Below are positions 10,719-19,263 of a stretch of 64,000 nt of DNA, in pieces. Under the pieces are notes generated by a model. That model saw nothing but the letters and a program-made list of their open reading frames with translations. It had not been told where the DNA came from and did not search any database. This DNA is from Cyanophyceae cyanobacterium (GTDB lineage: Bacteria > Cyanobacteriota > Cyanobacteriia > Cyanobacteriales > JBHJGN01). A program made the position numbers and the translations under genes. Location of the stretch: assembly GCA_050331735.1 (NCBI GenBank), contig JBHJGN010000029.1, positions 96,001 to 160,000 on the forward strand. Direction: 5' to 3'. Every line of letters starts with the position of its first letter. Within the stretch, counting starts at the first letter, position 1.

Positions 10719-10883
10719 GTCTCTCTGGGACGGGAAAAGGGAAAACTGCCCCTCCGGGACGGGGAAGGGGGCAAGGGGCAATTTCTCTGTGAATCCGGTG
10801 CGGGACGGGGAAAGAACACAGGAGCGAGGAATAGGCTGAATCTCCCCCCTTTTCCCGTTGCGCAGCAACTTCCCCTCTTTCCC
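10719..10883. repeat. Composite dispersed repeat, copy 2
   Basis: GGGAC-GGGGAA units, core GGGGAAAGAACACAGGAGCGAGGAATAGGCT, and a GTTGC-GCA-GCAAC hairpin. Confidence 0.8.
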
Positions 10884-10928
10884 AAGCTTAATCCTTTATC
10901 CCTGCTAGCTATTTGTGATTGCATAGAT

Positions 10929-10961
10929 TGTCATTTTAATGTCATATTTGTTCGCCACAAT
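10929..10961 (+). promoter_or_regulatory. Putative OmpR/PhoB-type tandem box plus -10 (TGTCA-N6-TGTCA-N11-CACAAT)
   Basis: Direct repeat with an 11-bp period; the same architecture recurs at 13238-13270. Confidence 0.65.
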
Positions 10962-10976
10962 CAGTATAAAAATGAG

Positions 10977-11474
10977 TTGATGATCTACAGTATGTCCAAG
11001 ATTTCTTTCAGAACAATTCTGACTACTTTAATCGGTACGAGTATTGCGAGTACCATTATGGCTTTACCCGTGCGAGCAGAAGAGAGTCGAGTCAACAAAC
11101 CCCTGAGCGCCGAACTGACCTTAGGCCAAAATAGCGACTTTTTTAGCGATCGCCCAAACAATGGCGAACTCTCAGACGAGGTTAAAACAATTGTCGGTGT
11201 GACCGGCTTGGCAATCGGAACTGGCGTTATTGGTTGGCATCTCACCCGCGCCTACAAGCCTTCTTTCGTAAATGCCGTTCCGGCAGTCAACCGCAATCAG
11301 GCATCTCTCCTCGACCGCGTCAGTCCTCATCTGCGCCGAGACCTCTTAAGGCTCGTTCATAATCCTCAGACAGCGAATCGTCTACTATCGGGGACTTTAA
11401 TCAGCCATCCAGATCGTTCTCCTAACTGGGTAGCCGAAAAGGTAATTTATGATTTAAGGCGCGATCGCACATAG
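10977..11474 (+). CDS. Hypothetical exported/membrane protein
   Basis: Signal-like N-terminus (ALPVRA|EE), one TM helix, C-terminal W..EKVIYDL.RDR motif. Start may be the ATG at 10980 or 10992. Confidence 0.7.
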   Translation: MMIYSMSKISFRTILTTLIGTSIASTIMALPVRAEESRVNKPLSAELTLGQNSDFFSDRPNNGELSDEVKTIVGVTGLAIGTGVIGWHLTRAYKPSFVNAVPAVNRNQASLLDRVSPHLRRDLLRLVHNPQTANRLLSGTLISHPDRSPNWVAEKVIYDLRRDRT

Positions 11475-11610
11475 CACCATCAAAGAGTTTAGCGACCAGG
11501 TGAATAGACCGCGAGAGCAATAATCACTGCCCGGAAAATGTTCGCGAATTTTAAGCACAATTACACCTAAAGTTGCGGTGAAAACCAATAGCTAATTTTA
11601 AAAGGTAAGC

Positions 11611-12033
11611 ATGACACTAGAACGCAAACTTGAACTCGGATTAGCGACTATCCGCCTTACTACCGCCGCTTTCTTTTTAGTGTGGTCGATTGAAAAGATA
11701 GTAGCACCAGAACTGACTCAGCGGGTCTTTGAAGGGTTTTATTTCTCCCAAATATCCAACACCGTATCTTACTTGCTTGGCAGCATTCAGACGGCCATCA
11801 TTCTTGTTTTCCTAGCAGGTATTTGGAAAACTCTTTCCTATGGAGCAATTTTGGGAATGCACACAGTTTCGGTCGTTTCAACCTACGAAAGGCTGTTAAA
11901 TCCCTACGAACTCCCCAATCATCTTTTCTGGGCTGGCATCCCTACTTTGGGAGCGGTTATTGCTCTCTTTCTCTTGAGAGATAGCGATACTTTCCTAACC
12001 TTGAGCACGAATAATCGTCCTCGTCGACCGTAG
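11611..12033 (+). CDS. DoxX-like membrane protein
   Basis: Four hydrophobic helices; IRLTTAAFFLVWSIEKI is DoxX-like. Confidence 0.7.
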   Translation: MTLERKLELGLATIRLTTAAFFLVWSIEKIVAPELTQRVFEGFYFSQISNTVSYLLGSIQTAIILVFLAGIWKTLSYGAILGMHTVSVVSTYERLLNPYELPNHLFWAGIPTLGAVIALFLLRDSDTFLTLSTNNRPRRP

Positions 12034-12116
12034 ACATTTCTTGCTATCTGCTGTGCAGCTTCTAACCATTAGCAGTAAAGAGCTTACCCAAAGTAACAAC
12101 GACTGCCCGTCAAGTT

Positions 12117-12791
12117 TCATTCTTGAGCCTCTAAACGATAGCCCATCCCGTAAACTGTTTCTAACCAATCTTTGGCTCCAACGGCCTCTAAACGCTGCCT
12201 CAGCCTTCTCACTAGAGTCGTAACCGCATTACTTTCCGGTTCACTTCCCCAACTCCACAGCGCTTGTTCAATTTGATCGCGGGACAGCACCTGCTGAGGG
12301 TGACGCAGCAGATACTCCATAAGCTGGAATTCCCTGACTGAGAGTTGAATTTTCTGGTCGCCCCGTTCTAAGCTCAGGCTGGTTAAATCTAATTGTAAAT
12401 CTGCTAGGGATAGGGTATCTCCTTTCCAAAGAGGCGATCGCCTTCCCAACGCCCTCACTCTTGCCAATAGCTCTAAAACATCTACTGGTTTAACGATGTA
12501 GTCATCCGCCCCCGCATCTAAGCCATCAACTTTATCAACGGTAGTGTCTTTAGCGGTTAGGATCAACACAGGAGCAGCGTTGCCTAAATGACGATGCTGA
12601 CGGCAAAGCTCTACACCACTAACTTTCGGTAACATCCAGTCCAAAATTAAGAGATCGTATTCTTTTTCCTGAATCAACCAGAGTGCCGTTTCGCCATCTT
12701 CTACCGCATCAACGATGTGACCTACCTGAGATAAGGCGGCTTGTAAAGGCTCTAATTGTGCCAGATCGTCTTCTACCAAAAGAATGAGCAT
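12117..12791 (-). CDS. OmpR-family response regulator (RppA/NrsR-like)
   Basis: ILLVEDD, LILDWMLP, GADDYIVKP receiver motifs; winged-helix ETVYGMGYRL. Start set at MLILLVEDD. Confidence 0.93.
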   Translation of the reverse strand: MLILLVEDDLAQLEPLQAALSQVGHIVDAVEDGETALWLIQEKEYDLLILDWMLPKVSGVELCRQHRHLGNAAPVLILTAKDTTVDKVDGLDAGADDYIVKPVDVLELLARVRALGRRSPLWKGDTLSLADLQLDLTSLSLERGDQKIQLSVREFQLMEYLLRHPQQVLSRDQIEQALWSWGSEPESNAVTTLVRRLRQRLEAVGAKDWLETVYGMGYRLEAQE

Positions 12792-12829
12792 CTCAACTAC
12801 ATCTATTTTTTTACAGTGTAAACAATTCA

Positions 12830-13216
12830 ATGCGTCGGATTAAACGGTGGCAATTTTTGCGTACTTTGGGATTAGAATTTTGGCTGCCTTTACCCTTACT
12901 AGGATTCGCTTTTTGGGGCAGTAGTGGGTTATTGACTAACCGGAGTTTGATTTTTTCTAAACGTTCTGTTGAACCTTTCGAGATCGTGCCTGTTACAGCT
13001 CAGTCATCTCCTCGAACGCTCTATATCAAAGTGATCGTAGACCGCAATCGCAATCTTTCTCAAGTCAGAGTTAAACAAGCTACGCAGATTTATCAGAGGC
13101 AGGAATTTGAATTAGCGACCACAGAATTAGAGCAAATAGAGACAGTCATTAGTCAAAGACTTGGTTTATCTCCTGAAAAAGTGAGACGACTATCGCGTTA
13201 TCAAATCGAAAACTAA
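12830..13216 (+). CDS. Hypothetical protein with N-terminal membrane anchor
   Basis: Clean ORF, LGLEFWLPLPLLG hydrophobic segment; divergent from the response regulator. Confidence 0.65.
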   Translation: MRRIKRWQFLRTLGLEFWLPLPLLGFAFWGSSGLLTNRSLIFSKRSVEPFEIVPVTAQSSPRTLYIKVIVDRNRNLSQVRVKQATQIYQRQEFELATTELEQIETVISQRLGLSPEKVRRLSRYQIEN

Positions 13217-13237
13217 AGCTAGTTTACTTTATACAAC

Positions 13238-13270
13238 TGTCACTTTTTTGTCATATTCGTTTTGCACAAT
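13238..13270 (+). promoter_or_regulatory. Second TGTCA-N6-TGTCA-N11-CACAAT promoter box
   Basis: Spacing identical to 10929-10961; lies directly before the small ORF at 13306. Confidence 0.65.
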
Positions 13271-13305
13271 TAATCATGAAAACTCAAATTATTGAGAGGT
13301 AAATC

Positions 13306-13473
13306 ATGAAGCTAAAATTAGCCGCCCTTGCGGTTGGATTTCTTACCTTAGTTGCGGCTGCTCCTCTAGCAGCTCAGGGTTGTGAGGGAGGAAACCGAGA
13401 GAATAATCCTGAAACTAATTTACCCGGACAAACACAAACGAGTGTTACTGCCGAAGGAACTACTTTTGCTTAA
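13306..13473 (+). CDS. Small secreted protein, 55 aa (not in ORF track)
   Basis: GAGAGGT RBS then MKLKLAALAVGFLTLVAAAPLAAQGCEGGNRENNPETNLPGQTQTSVTAEGTTFA*; signal peptide, with its own promoter box and terminator. Confidence 0.75.
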   Translation: MKLKLAALAVGFLTLVAAAPLAAQGCEGGNRENNPETNLPGQTQTSVTAEGTTFA

Positions 13474-13520
13474 TAGCATAGTAAAGCCGCTCTAAAATCA
13501 GATACACCATAACAATAATT

Positions 13521-13558
13521 TGGGAAGAATATTGCTTAGTATTCTTTCCATTTTTTTT
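13521..13558 (+). terminator. Rho-independent terminator
   Basis: TGGGAAGAATATT-GCTT-AGTATTCTTTCCA stem-loop followed by T8. Confidence 0.75.
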
Positions 13559-13960
13559 GTTAGATGCGAAAAGCAATAAATCTTCCATAAAAAGTAATTA
13601 AAAAAAACAATAGTCTTTTGGAATTTATTGTTTGAAAATAACTGTTTTCTAACTGGTCACACGACCTTCACTAGAAAATTCTAGAGACGAAAGGTGTAGA
13701 TTAATAGGATATCCTTTTAATTTTTAGCCGCCTTGTGGCCGCAGTAGGATTTACCTGTACTAATTCAAGAAACGCGTCACCAACCGATAGCGCTAATAAA
13801 TTAATTGTACAGTCAATTGGCGAAACAGTAGCTTTGTAGCAGATTTTAAGGAGGACGCTTGTCAGCAAACAAGAGTCAACGGTCGATGAATTATGAGGAT
13901 AGCGGTCGATAATTCGCTCAGACGTTTTACTATTTTTAAATAGACCAACGTTTTTTTAGA

Positions 13961-15001
13961 ATGAATGAGCAATATCGCTACAAAGAATCACCAGCGGTTA
14001 AACGCATTTTAGATGCCAACCTGGATCGGGCGCGGGAAGGGCTACGAATTATCGAAGAATGGTGTCGGTTTGGCTTAAACGATGCTCCGATGGCGGCGCA
14101 GTGCAAACAAATGCGCCAGGAGCTAGCAAGCTGGCATCGCTTAGAATTTCGCATGGCGCGAGACACTCCAGGCGATCCGGGAACTGCCCTGACCCATCCC
14201 CAAGAAGAACAAAGAGGCAGCATCGAGCAGCTATTGCAGGCTAATTTTTGTCGGGTAGAAGAGGCGCTACGAGTACTAGAAGAATACGGCAAGCTAGAGA
14301 GCTCCCGAATGGGAATGGCTTGTAAGCAGATGCGCTACCAGATGTATGTCTTAGAGGGGCAAGTTCTGCACAATCGTCACCGTCAACTTCAAGACGCGCA
14401 GCTCTATCTTGTCACCTCCCCATCGGACCAGCTCATGACGGTGGTAGAAGGGGCTTTACAGGGAGGACTGTCTTTGGTGCAGTACCGAGACAAAACGGCT
14501 GATGATGAGGTTAGGTTCGAGCAGGCGCAGGCTCTTTGTCAGTTATGTCATCGCTACGGTGCTTTATTTATCGTCAACGATCGCCTCGATGTCGCGCTGG
14601 CAGTCAACGCCGATGGCGTACATTTAGGACAGCAAGACCTACCGATTGCAGCAGCCAAGCAGCTTCTGGGACCGAGGTGCATTGTCGGTCGTTCAACAAC
14701 GAACCCCGAGGAAATGGAGCGAGCGATCGCGGGCGGAGCCGACTATATTGGCGTTGGTCCCGTGTACGAAACGCCCACAAAAGTCGGTAAACCAGCAGCC
14801 GGGTTAGAGTACGTTCACTACGCCGCCAACCATGCCTCGGTTCCCTGGTTCGCCATTGGCGGCATTGATGCTGACAACATCAATGAGGTACTAGCAGCCG
14901 GAGCACAACGCATCGCCGTCGTTCGCGCTATTATGCAATCAGACCAACCCACTCTCGTTTCTCAGTATTTGATTGCTCAACTGAGGCAGCAGCGGCAGTA
15001 G
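13961..15001 (+). CDS. thiE: Thiamine-phosphate synthase (long cyanobacterial form)
   Basis: RILDANLDRAREGLR N-domain; VQYRDK, NDRLD, GVHLGQQD and FAIGGI motifs. Confidence 0.95.
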   Translation: MNEQYRYKESPAVKRILDANLDRAREGLRIIEEWCRFGLNDAPMAAQCKQMRQELASWHRLEFRMARDTPGDPGTALTHPQEEQRGSIEQLLQANFCRVEEALRVLEEYGKLESSRMGMACKQMRYQMYVLEGQVLHNRHRQLQDAQLYLVTSPSDQLMTVVEGALQGGLSLVQYRDKTADDEVRFEQAQALCQLCHRYGALFIVNDRLDVALAVNADGVHLGQQDLPIAAAKQLLGPRCIVGRSTTNPEEMERAIAGGADYIGVGPVYETPTKVGKPAAGLEYVHYAANHASVPWFAIGGIDADNINEVLAAGAQRIAVVRAIMQSDQPTLVSQYLIAQLRQQRQ

Positions 15002-15091
15002 GTCATTCAAAATTCACCATAAGACTAAGGGCATTCATGGAAGCTGACCTTCGCTGTGCAAATTTTGAATTTTTAACTTTGAATTTTTATC

Positions 15092-15310
15092 ATGACTAGT
15101 CATACGTCTATCTCTATCGAGGTTAATGGCGAACCCCAGACCTGCTCTCCAGAGATGGTGCTGCCCGATCTTCTTCGGCAGCTTGACTTAGATCCCCGTT
15201 TGGTGGCGGTCGAATATAATGGTGAGATTCTCCATCGGCAGTATTGGTCTCAGACTCGTCTTCAGGCGGGCGATCGCCTAGAAGTTGTTACTATCGTTGG
15301 TGGCGGTTAG
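15092..15310 (+). CDS. thiS: Sulfur carrier protein ThiS
   Basis: VNGE, VAVEYNGEI and C-terminal VTIVGGG. Confidence 0.95.
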   Translation: MTSHTSISIEVNGEPQTCSPEMVLPDLLRQLDLDPRLVAVEYNGEILHRQYWSQTRLQAGDRLEVVTIVGGG

Positions 15311-15493
15311 CGGCGGTGCGAAAGTTCGGTTGTCCGATCGGCAACCCGTTCCCCCGTTCCACAAGGCTTAGGATAAATTAAGAAATATAAATCTCAGATC
15401 TATCTAAAGAGAGCATATATGCTTAAAGATCTATAGAGAAAGAGATGTCGGGCTTTCCTAGATTCGATAGTGTGTATCTGAGCGTGGTTACTA

Positions 15494-16447
15494 ATGAAGA
15501 GTTTTCAGATGCGTAATAACTTGTTTTCTAAAATCAAACCTTTTCTCAAATCTACTCTGGCTTTGGGGCTAGTCCTCGTCCTCGTTTTCGGTAGCGCCGG
15601 TAGCGCCCTGGCTGCGCGAAGTGGCGGACGCATTGGCGGCGGTTCTTTTCGCGCCCCGAGCCGGAGTCTACCTCCTTCCGGCGGTGGCTATCGTGCTCCT
15701 GGAGGCGGCTATGGCTACCCTGGCGGCGGCTTTGGCTTTCCGTTCCTCTTACCCTTCTTCGGCTTCGGCGGCTTTGGCGGTTTGTTTTCGATCCTGATCT
15801 TTATCGCTTTAGCAAACTTCATCGTTAGAAGTTTTCGCAGTGCTGGAGTTGGTGGAGATGGTGGCTACGGCAGCTACAGTAACCCCAAAGTCTCAGTGGC
15901 TCAGGTGCAGGTTGGCCTGCTTGCCAATGCCCGGAGTTTGCAGAAAGAGCTAGATGAGTTAGCTCGGACAGCAGATACCGGTTCTGCTTCTGGTCGAGCT
16001 CTAGTACTACAAGAAGCAACGCTGGCGCTGCTGCGTCACCCGGAGTATTGGGTTTACGGTTCGACAACGGCTCAGCAAGCTGCCCTCGATGCAGCCGAGG
16101 CCAAGTTCAATCAGCTTTCGCTGGCAGAACGCAGCAAGTTCACTGAGGAAACCCTCTCGAACGTTGACAGTCAGCTTAGACAAGCCCAGTCTGACAGCAG
16201 CCAGCTTGTTAAGCAGGAGGAATCGAGCGAGTATATTGTGGTCACTGTAGTTGTTGGTGTTGAAGGGAAGTTAGAGCTACCGCAGATTAACGGTTCTGAC
16301 GACCTTAATCAGGCGCTGCGGCAGATTGGCGGCATTTCGAGCGATCGCCTGCTAGCGGTTGAAGTGCTCTGGACTCCGCAAGCAACCGGAGATACCCTCA
16401 CAACCGACGATATTCTGGCTAATTATCCCAATCTTAAGCTGGTATAG
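15494..16447 (+). CDS. DUF1517 family membrane protein
   Basis: ARSGGRIGGGSF Gly-rich N-terminus, LALLRHPEYW, EVLWTPQ. Confidence 0.85.
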   Translation: MKSFQMRNNLFSKIKPFLKSTLALGLVLVLVFGSAGSALAARSGGRIGGGSFRAPSRSLPPSGGGYRAPGGGYGYPGGGFGFPFLLPFFGFGGFGGLFSILIFIALANFIVRSFRSAGVGGDGGYGSYSNPKVSVAQVQVGLLANARSLQKELDELARTADTGSASGRALVLQEATLALLRHPEYWVYGSTTAQQAALDAAEAKFNQLSLAERSKFTEETLSNVDSQLRQAQSDSSQLVKQEESSEYIVVTVVVGVEGKLELPQINGSDDLNQALRQIGGISSDRLLAVEVLWTPQATGDTLTTDDILANYPNLKLV

Positions 16448-16464
16448 CCTCATTCTGATTTAGT

Positions 16465-16500
16465 CAAATAAGCCGTGGAGTCAGTTCCACGGCTTATTTG
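16465..16500 (+). terminator. Stem-loop, likely terminator
   Basis: Perfect 15-bp inverted repeat CAAATAAGCCGTGGA / TCCACGGCTTATTTG. Confidence 0.7.
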
Positions 16501-16540
16501 TTTATAGCCTATACAGGAAGAAATTAAGCAAGGACAAAAC

Positions 16541-16876
16541 GTGAACTTTGAGCAAGAAAACGTTGAAGCACAAGGCATTCGTATTTCTGTCAAAGCCGAT
16601 GGAGCTGAGATTGGACGAGCTTACCTATATCTAATGCGTAATGATTGGCACGAGCAACCGTTCGCGTTGCTAGAGGATGTCTTTGTCAATCAGTCCTACC
16701 GAGGTCAAGGAATCGGTTCAAAACTTGTTAAACAGGCAATCGAGCTTGCCAAGGAAGCAGATTGTTATAAGCTTATTGCCACGAGTCGCACCTCTAGACC
16801 GCAAGTTCACAAACTGTACCAACGGTTAGGATTTATTCAACATGGAATAGAATTTCGTCTTGACTTCTCGGGGTAA
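16541..16876 (+). CDS. GNAT N-acetyltransferase
   Basis: EDVFVNQSYRGQGIGSKL motif A; LYQRLGF. Confidence 0.85.
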   Translation: MNFEQENVEAQGIRISVKADGAEIGRAYLYLMRNDWHEQPFALLEDVFVNQSYRGQGIGSKLVKQAIELAKEADCYKLIATSRTSRPQVHKLYQRLGFIQHGIEFRLDFSG

Positions 16877-16939
16877 ATACATCAAGCAACTTTACTAAAA
16901 TGTGAACAGTAGAACTGTATAGTATTTTAAGCATAGATT

Positions 16940-17140
16940 ATGAAAATTAAAGCTGTTGTTTGGCAGGAGGACGGTGTTTGGTGCGGTTCTGTCCCCGCTC
17001 TCCCCGGATGCCACACTTGGGGAGATAGCTACGAATACCTGCTAGAAATGCTGCAAGATGCCATTCAAGGCTGGTTAGAAGTTGCTAATGAACGAGAAGA
17101 GCTTGAACCAGAAAAGCGGTTAATTGAGCTATCTCTATGA
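16940..17140 (+). CDS. hicB: Short HicB-family antitoxin
   Basis: VPALPGCHTWGDS motif; overlaps the downstream hicA (ATGA). Confidence 0.88.
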   Translation: MKIKAVVWQEDGVWCGSVPALPGCHTWGDSYEYLLEMLQDAIQGWLEVANEREELEPEKRLIELSL

Positions 17141-17346
17141 AAGCTATTTCCGGCAAACTGCTTTGCAAGATTGTCGAGCACAATGGTTGGAAGCTAAAGC
17201 GAATTACTGGTAATCATCGCATTTATGTCAAAGAAGGCGTTGATGCTATTCTCTCTATCCCCGTTCACAGTCATCGAGATTTGCCAAAAGGAACTTTGAA
17301 AAGCATTATGAAGGATGCTGAACTGACTGAAGACGATTTAGGGTGA
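17137..17346 (+). CDS. hicA: HicA-family mRNA interferase toxin
   Basis: GWKLKRITGNHRIY and IPVH..DLPKGTLKSIMKDA motifs; catalytic His present. Confidence 0.88.
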   Translation: MKAISGKLLCKIVEHNGWKLKRITGNHRIYVKEGVDAILSIPVHSHRDLPKGTLKSIMKDAELTEDDLG

Positions 17347-17368
17347 TAGCGAGTGTATGGCGTAAACG

Positions 17369-17454
17369 GTTCGATAAATTAGTAGAGCGGACGTAGAAGA
17401 ATTTGTGTGCCTTGTTTCAGTACAATTTGTCGCTGCTCACTTTTGCCGTTAGGC
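17369..17454 (+). mobile_element. Degenerate attC-like recombination site 1
   Basis: Ends in a canonical GTTRRRY (GTTAGGC); arms GAGCGGACG / TGTCGCTGCTC; left RYYYAAC decayed (GTTCGAT); 86 nt. Confidence 0.5.
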
Positions 17455-17467
17455 ATCAATCGTGGAC

Positions 17468-17989
17468 ATGGAAATCCGATTTTTAAACTGGCAGGATGTC
17501 GCCGCTTACCGCGTTCTGCGCCTTCAAGCATTGAAAGAGTCACCGACGGCTTTTGGTTCCAGTTACGAGCAGGAAGCTTGTCTTCCTTTAACGGATTTTG
17601 CTACCAGGCTTCGCCCTCACGATGACCCTGCTAGCGGCATTTTCGGTGCTTTCAGCAACAGCAATCAACCTATTGGAATGCTCGGCTTTTCCCGCGAGAG
17701 CCGTCCGAAGCGCGCTCACGTCGGTTCTCTCTGGAGTATGTATGTTTTACCCGAGTTTCGTCGTCGAGGCGTTGGAGCAGCGTTGCTCGATCAGGCATTA
17801 TCCCATGCCCGTCACCTTGGTGGTCTGCGGCAGATTGTCCTCACGGTCACTGCCAACAATTTAGCAGCCTGCTCCCTTTACAGATCGCGCGGTTTCGAGC
17901 GTTTCGGCTTGGAGCTAGATGCTCTATTTATTGACGGCACATATTTCGATGAGGAGCATCTCGCCTTACACTTTAACCGCGACATCTAA
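17468..17989 (+). CDS. GNAT N-acetyltransferase (cassette-like)
   Basis: LRLQALKESPTAF, MYVLPEFRRRGVG and LYRSRGFERFG motifs; the stop codon lies inside ATCTAAC. Confidence 0.88.
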   Translation: MEIRFLNWQDVAAYRVLRLQALKESPTAFGSSYEQEACLPLTDFATRLRPHDDPASGIFGAFSNSNQPIGMLGFSRESRPKRAHVGSLWSMYVLPEFRRRGVGAALLDQALSHARHLGGLRQIVLTVTANNLAACSLYRSRGFERFGLELDALFIDGTYFDEEHLALHFNRDI

Positions 17990-18070
17990 CAATCGTACGG
18001 CAGCGGGCAGTAGCAAAATGTTGGTGTAATGCCAAGATTACTCGTTGCCTGCTGAACTTCGGCATTAGTC
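17984..18070 (+). mobile_element. Degenerate attC-like recombination site 2
   Basis: Starts with RYYYAAC (ATCTAAC) overlapping the stop; CAGCGGGCAG pairs with TTGCCTGCTG; inner TTGGTG-TAA-TGCCAA hairpin; right end ATTAGTC (decayed GTTRRRY); 87 nt. Confidence 0.55.
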
Positions 18071-18169
18071 ATCAATAACCAATCGCTTCTCGAATATGAA
18101 AAATATAGGATGATAATGAAAACTGGCTAGCGACAATGACAACTTCGGTAAAAAAACAAGATTACTCTC

Positions 18170-18520
18170 ATGAAACTCGATCGCACCACCAGCAATCCTA
18201 ATCGTATGAACGGACAGCCGTGCATCTGAAGCTGAGGATGCAGAAATCATCCAGAGAGCCAGAGAAGAGAGGTGTGCTGTTGCTACACTCGATGCAGATT
18301 TTCATACATTGCTGGCGCTTAATGAAGCAAGTTCTCCCTCAGTTATTCGCATCCGAATTGAAAGATTACGTGCCCAAGCATTGACAGACCTGTTGCTGAT
18401 GGTAATTGGTGAGTGCGAGGAGGAGATAGAACAAGGTTCAGCGATTACGGTCGAGCCAAGCCGTATTCGCATTCGTCATTTGCTGAGGCAGCTTTTGAAA
18501 ACGAGTATCAAGACCAAATT
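18170..18520 (+). pseudogene. Deletion-fused remnant of a DUF433 antitoxin / DUF5615 PIN-like toxin pair
   Basis: MKLDRTTSNPNRMNGQPCI* (DUF433 N-terminus) abuts, in another frame, SEAEDAEIIQRAREERCAVATLDADFHTLLAL..SPSVIRIRI (DUF5615 middle and C-terminus). Confidence 0.75.
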
Positions 18521-18522
18521 AT

Positions 18523-19263
18523 TTATCCACTCTCCAAGTAAATTTCCCAAGGATGAGCAAAGTTAGCGAGCATTTCCGGGGTTAAGCGAAAGCCCTCTGG
18601 GTCATCATCGATTAAATCGGTGGTTTGAGAACGGTACTGAGCGATCGCCTGCTGTTTTAACCGGCAGACGCTCCCAATGTCCAAGCGCCAAGCTCTTACC
18701 GAAGCCATATCCCTCCGCTGTTGCGGATCCCAATCCCAGATCGGATACTCAAGCAGGCGCGGCGAGAGAGAAAGGGTATCAATGGCTGCCTGCAATAGCT
18801 GCCAGGTAGCGCGATGATCGCGGTGCGGATCGTGTCGCCAAGGAAGAAACACGATCGTCGGCGCAAGACGAAAGAGGTAGGACTGACACCGCGATAGGGC
18901 CTCGCTAAATTGGGCGTTGGCAGCGGTGGGCACAGCGCCGTCGGGAAGCCGGAGAAACGTCACGGCCTCTGCTGCTACCCCCAGTACGGTCATGGCTGCC
19001 AGGGTTTCCTGCTCGCGGACTGCTCGCAGCACCGCCGCTGGGAATCGACGCGAGTTGGGGTGAGATTGGATACCGTCGCTGACGACTAGAACCTTGACAG
19101 GGTGAGCAAGGTGCTGGAGGAGGGCGATCGCTCCCCCGCAGCCGAGGGTTTCGTCGTCGGGGTGAGGAGCAACAACTAAGGTGGAGGTGGTGTTGTGTTC
19201 TAGTAACGCCTCGATGCCCAAAAGCGGCAGCAGGGAAGGGTTGGCTAGAGGAGAGCCGCTCAT
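18523..19263 (-). CDS. PIG-L/LmbE family deacetylase
   Basis: VVAPHPDDETLGCGG and DPHRDH motifs; the ATG at 19263 overlaps the upstream stop (ATGA). Confidence 0.9.
   Translation of the reverse strand: MSGSPLANPSLLPLLGIEALLEHNTTSTLVVAPHPDDETLGCGGAIALLQHLAHPVKVLVVSDGIQSHPNSRRFPAAVLRAVREQETLAAMTVLGVAAEAVTFLRLPDGAVPTAANAQFSEALSRCQSYLFRLAPTIVFLPWRHDPHRDHRATWQLLQAAIDTLSLSPRLLEYPIWDWDPQQRRDMASVRAWRLDIGSVCRLKQQAIAQYRSQTTDLIDDDPEGFRLTPEMLANFAHPWEIYLESG

Noticed and set aside
9332..13700. Genomic island integrated at tRNA-Gly
   Set aside because: No integrase and no duplicated tRNA 3' end (attR) seen in the window.
13560..13960. TPP riboswitch or small ORF upstream of thiE
   Set aside because: No CTGAGA/ACCTG TPP aptamer arrangement seen; the minus-strand open frame has no convincing start or recognisable motif.
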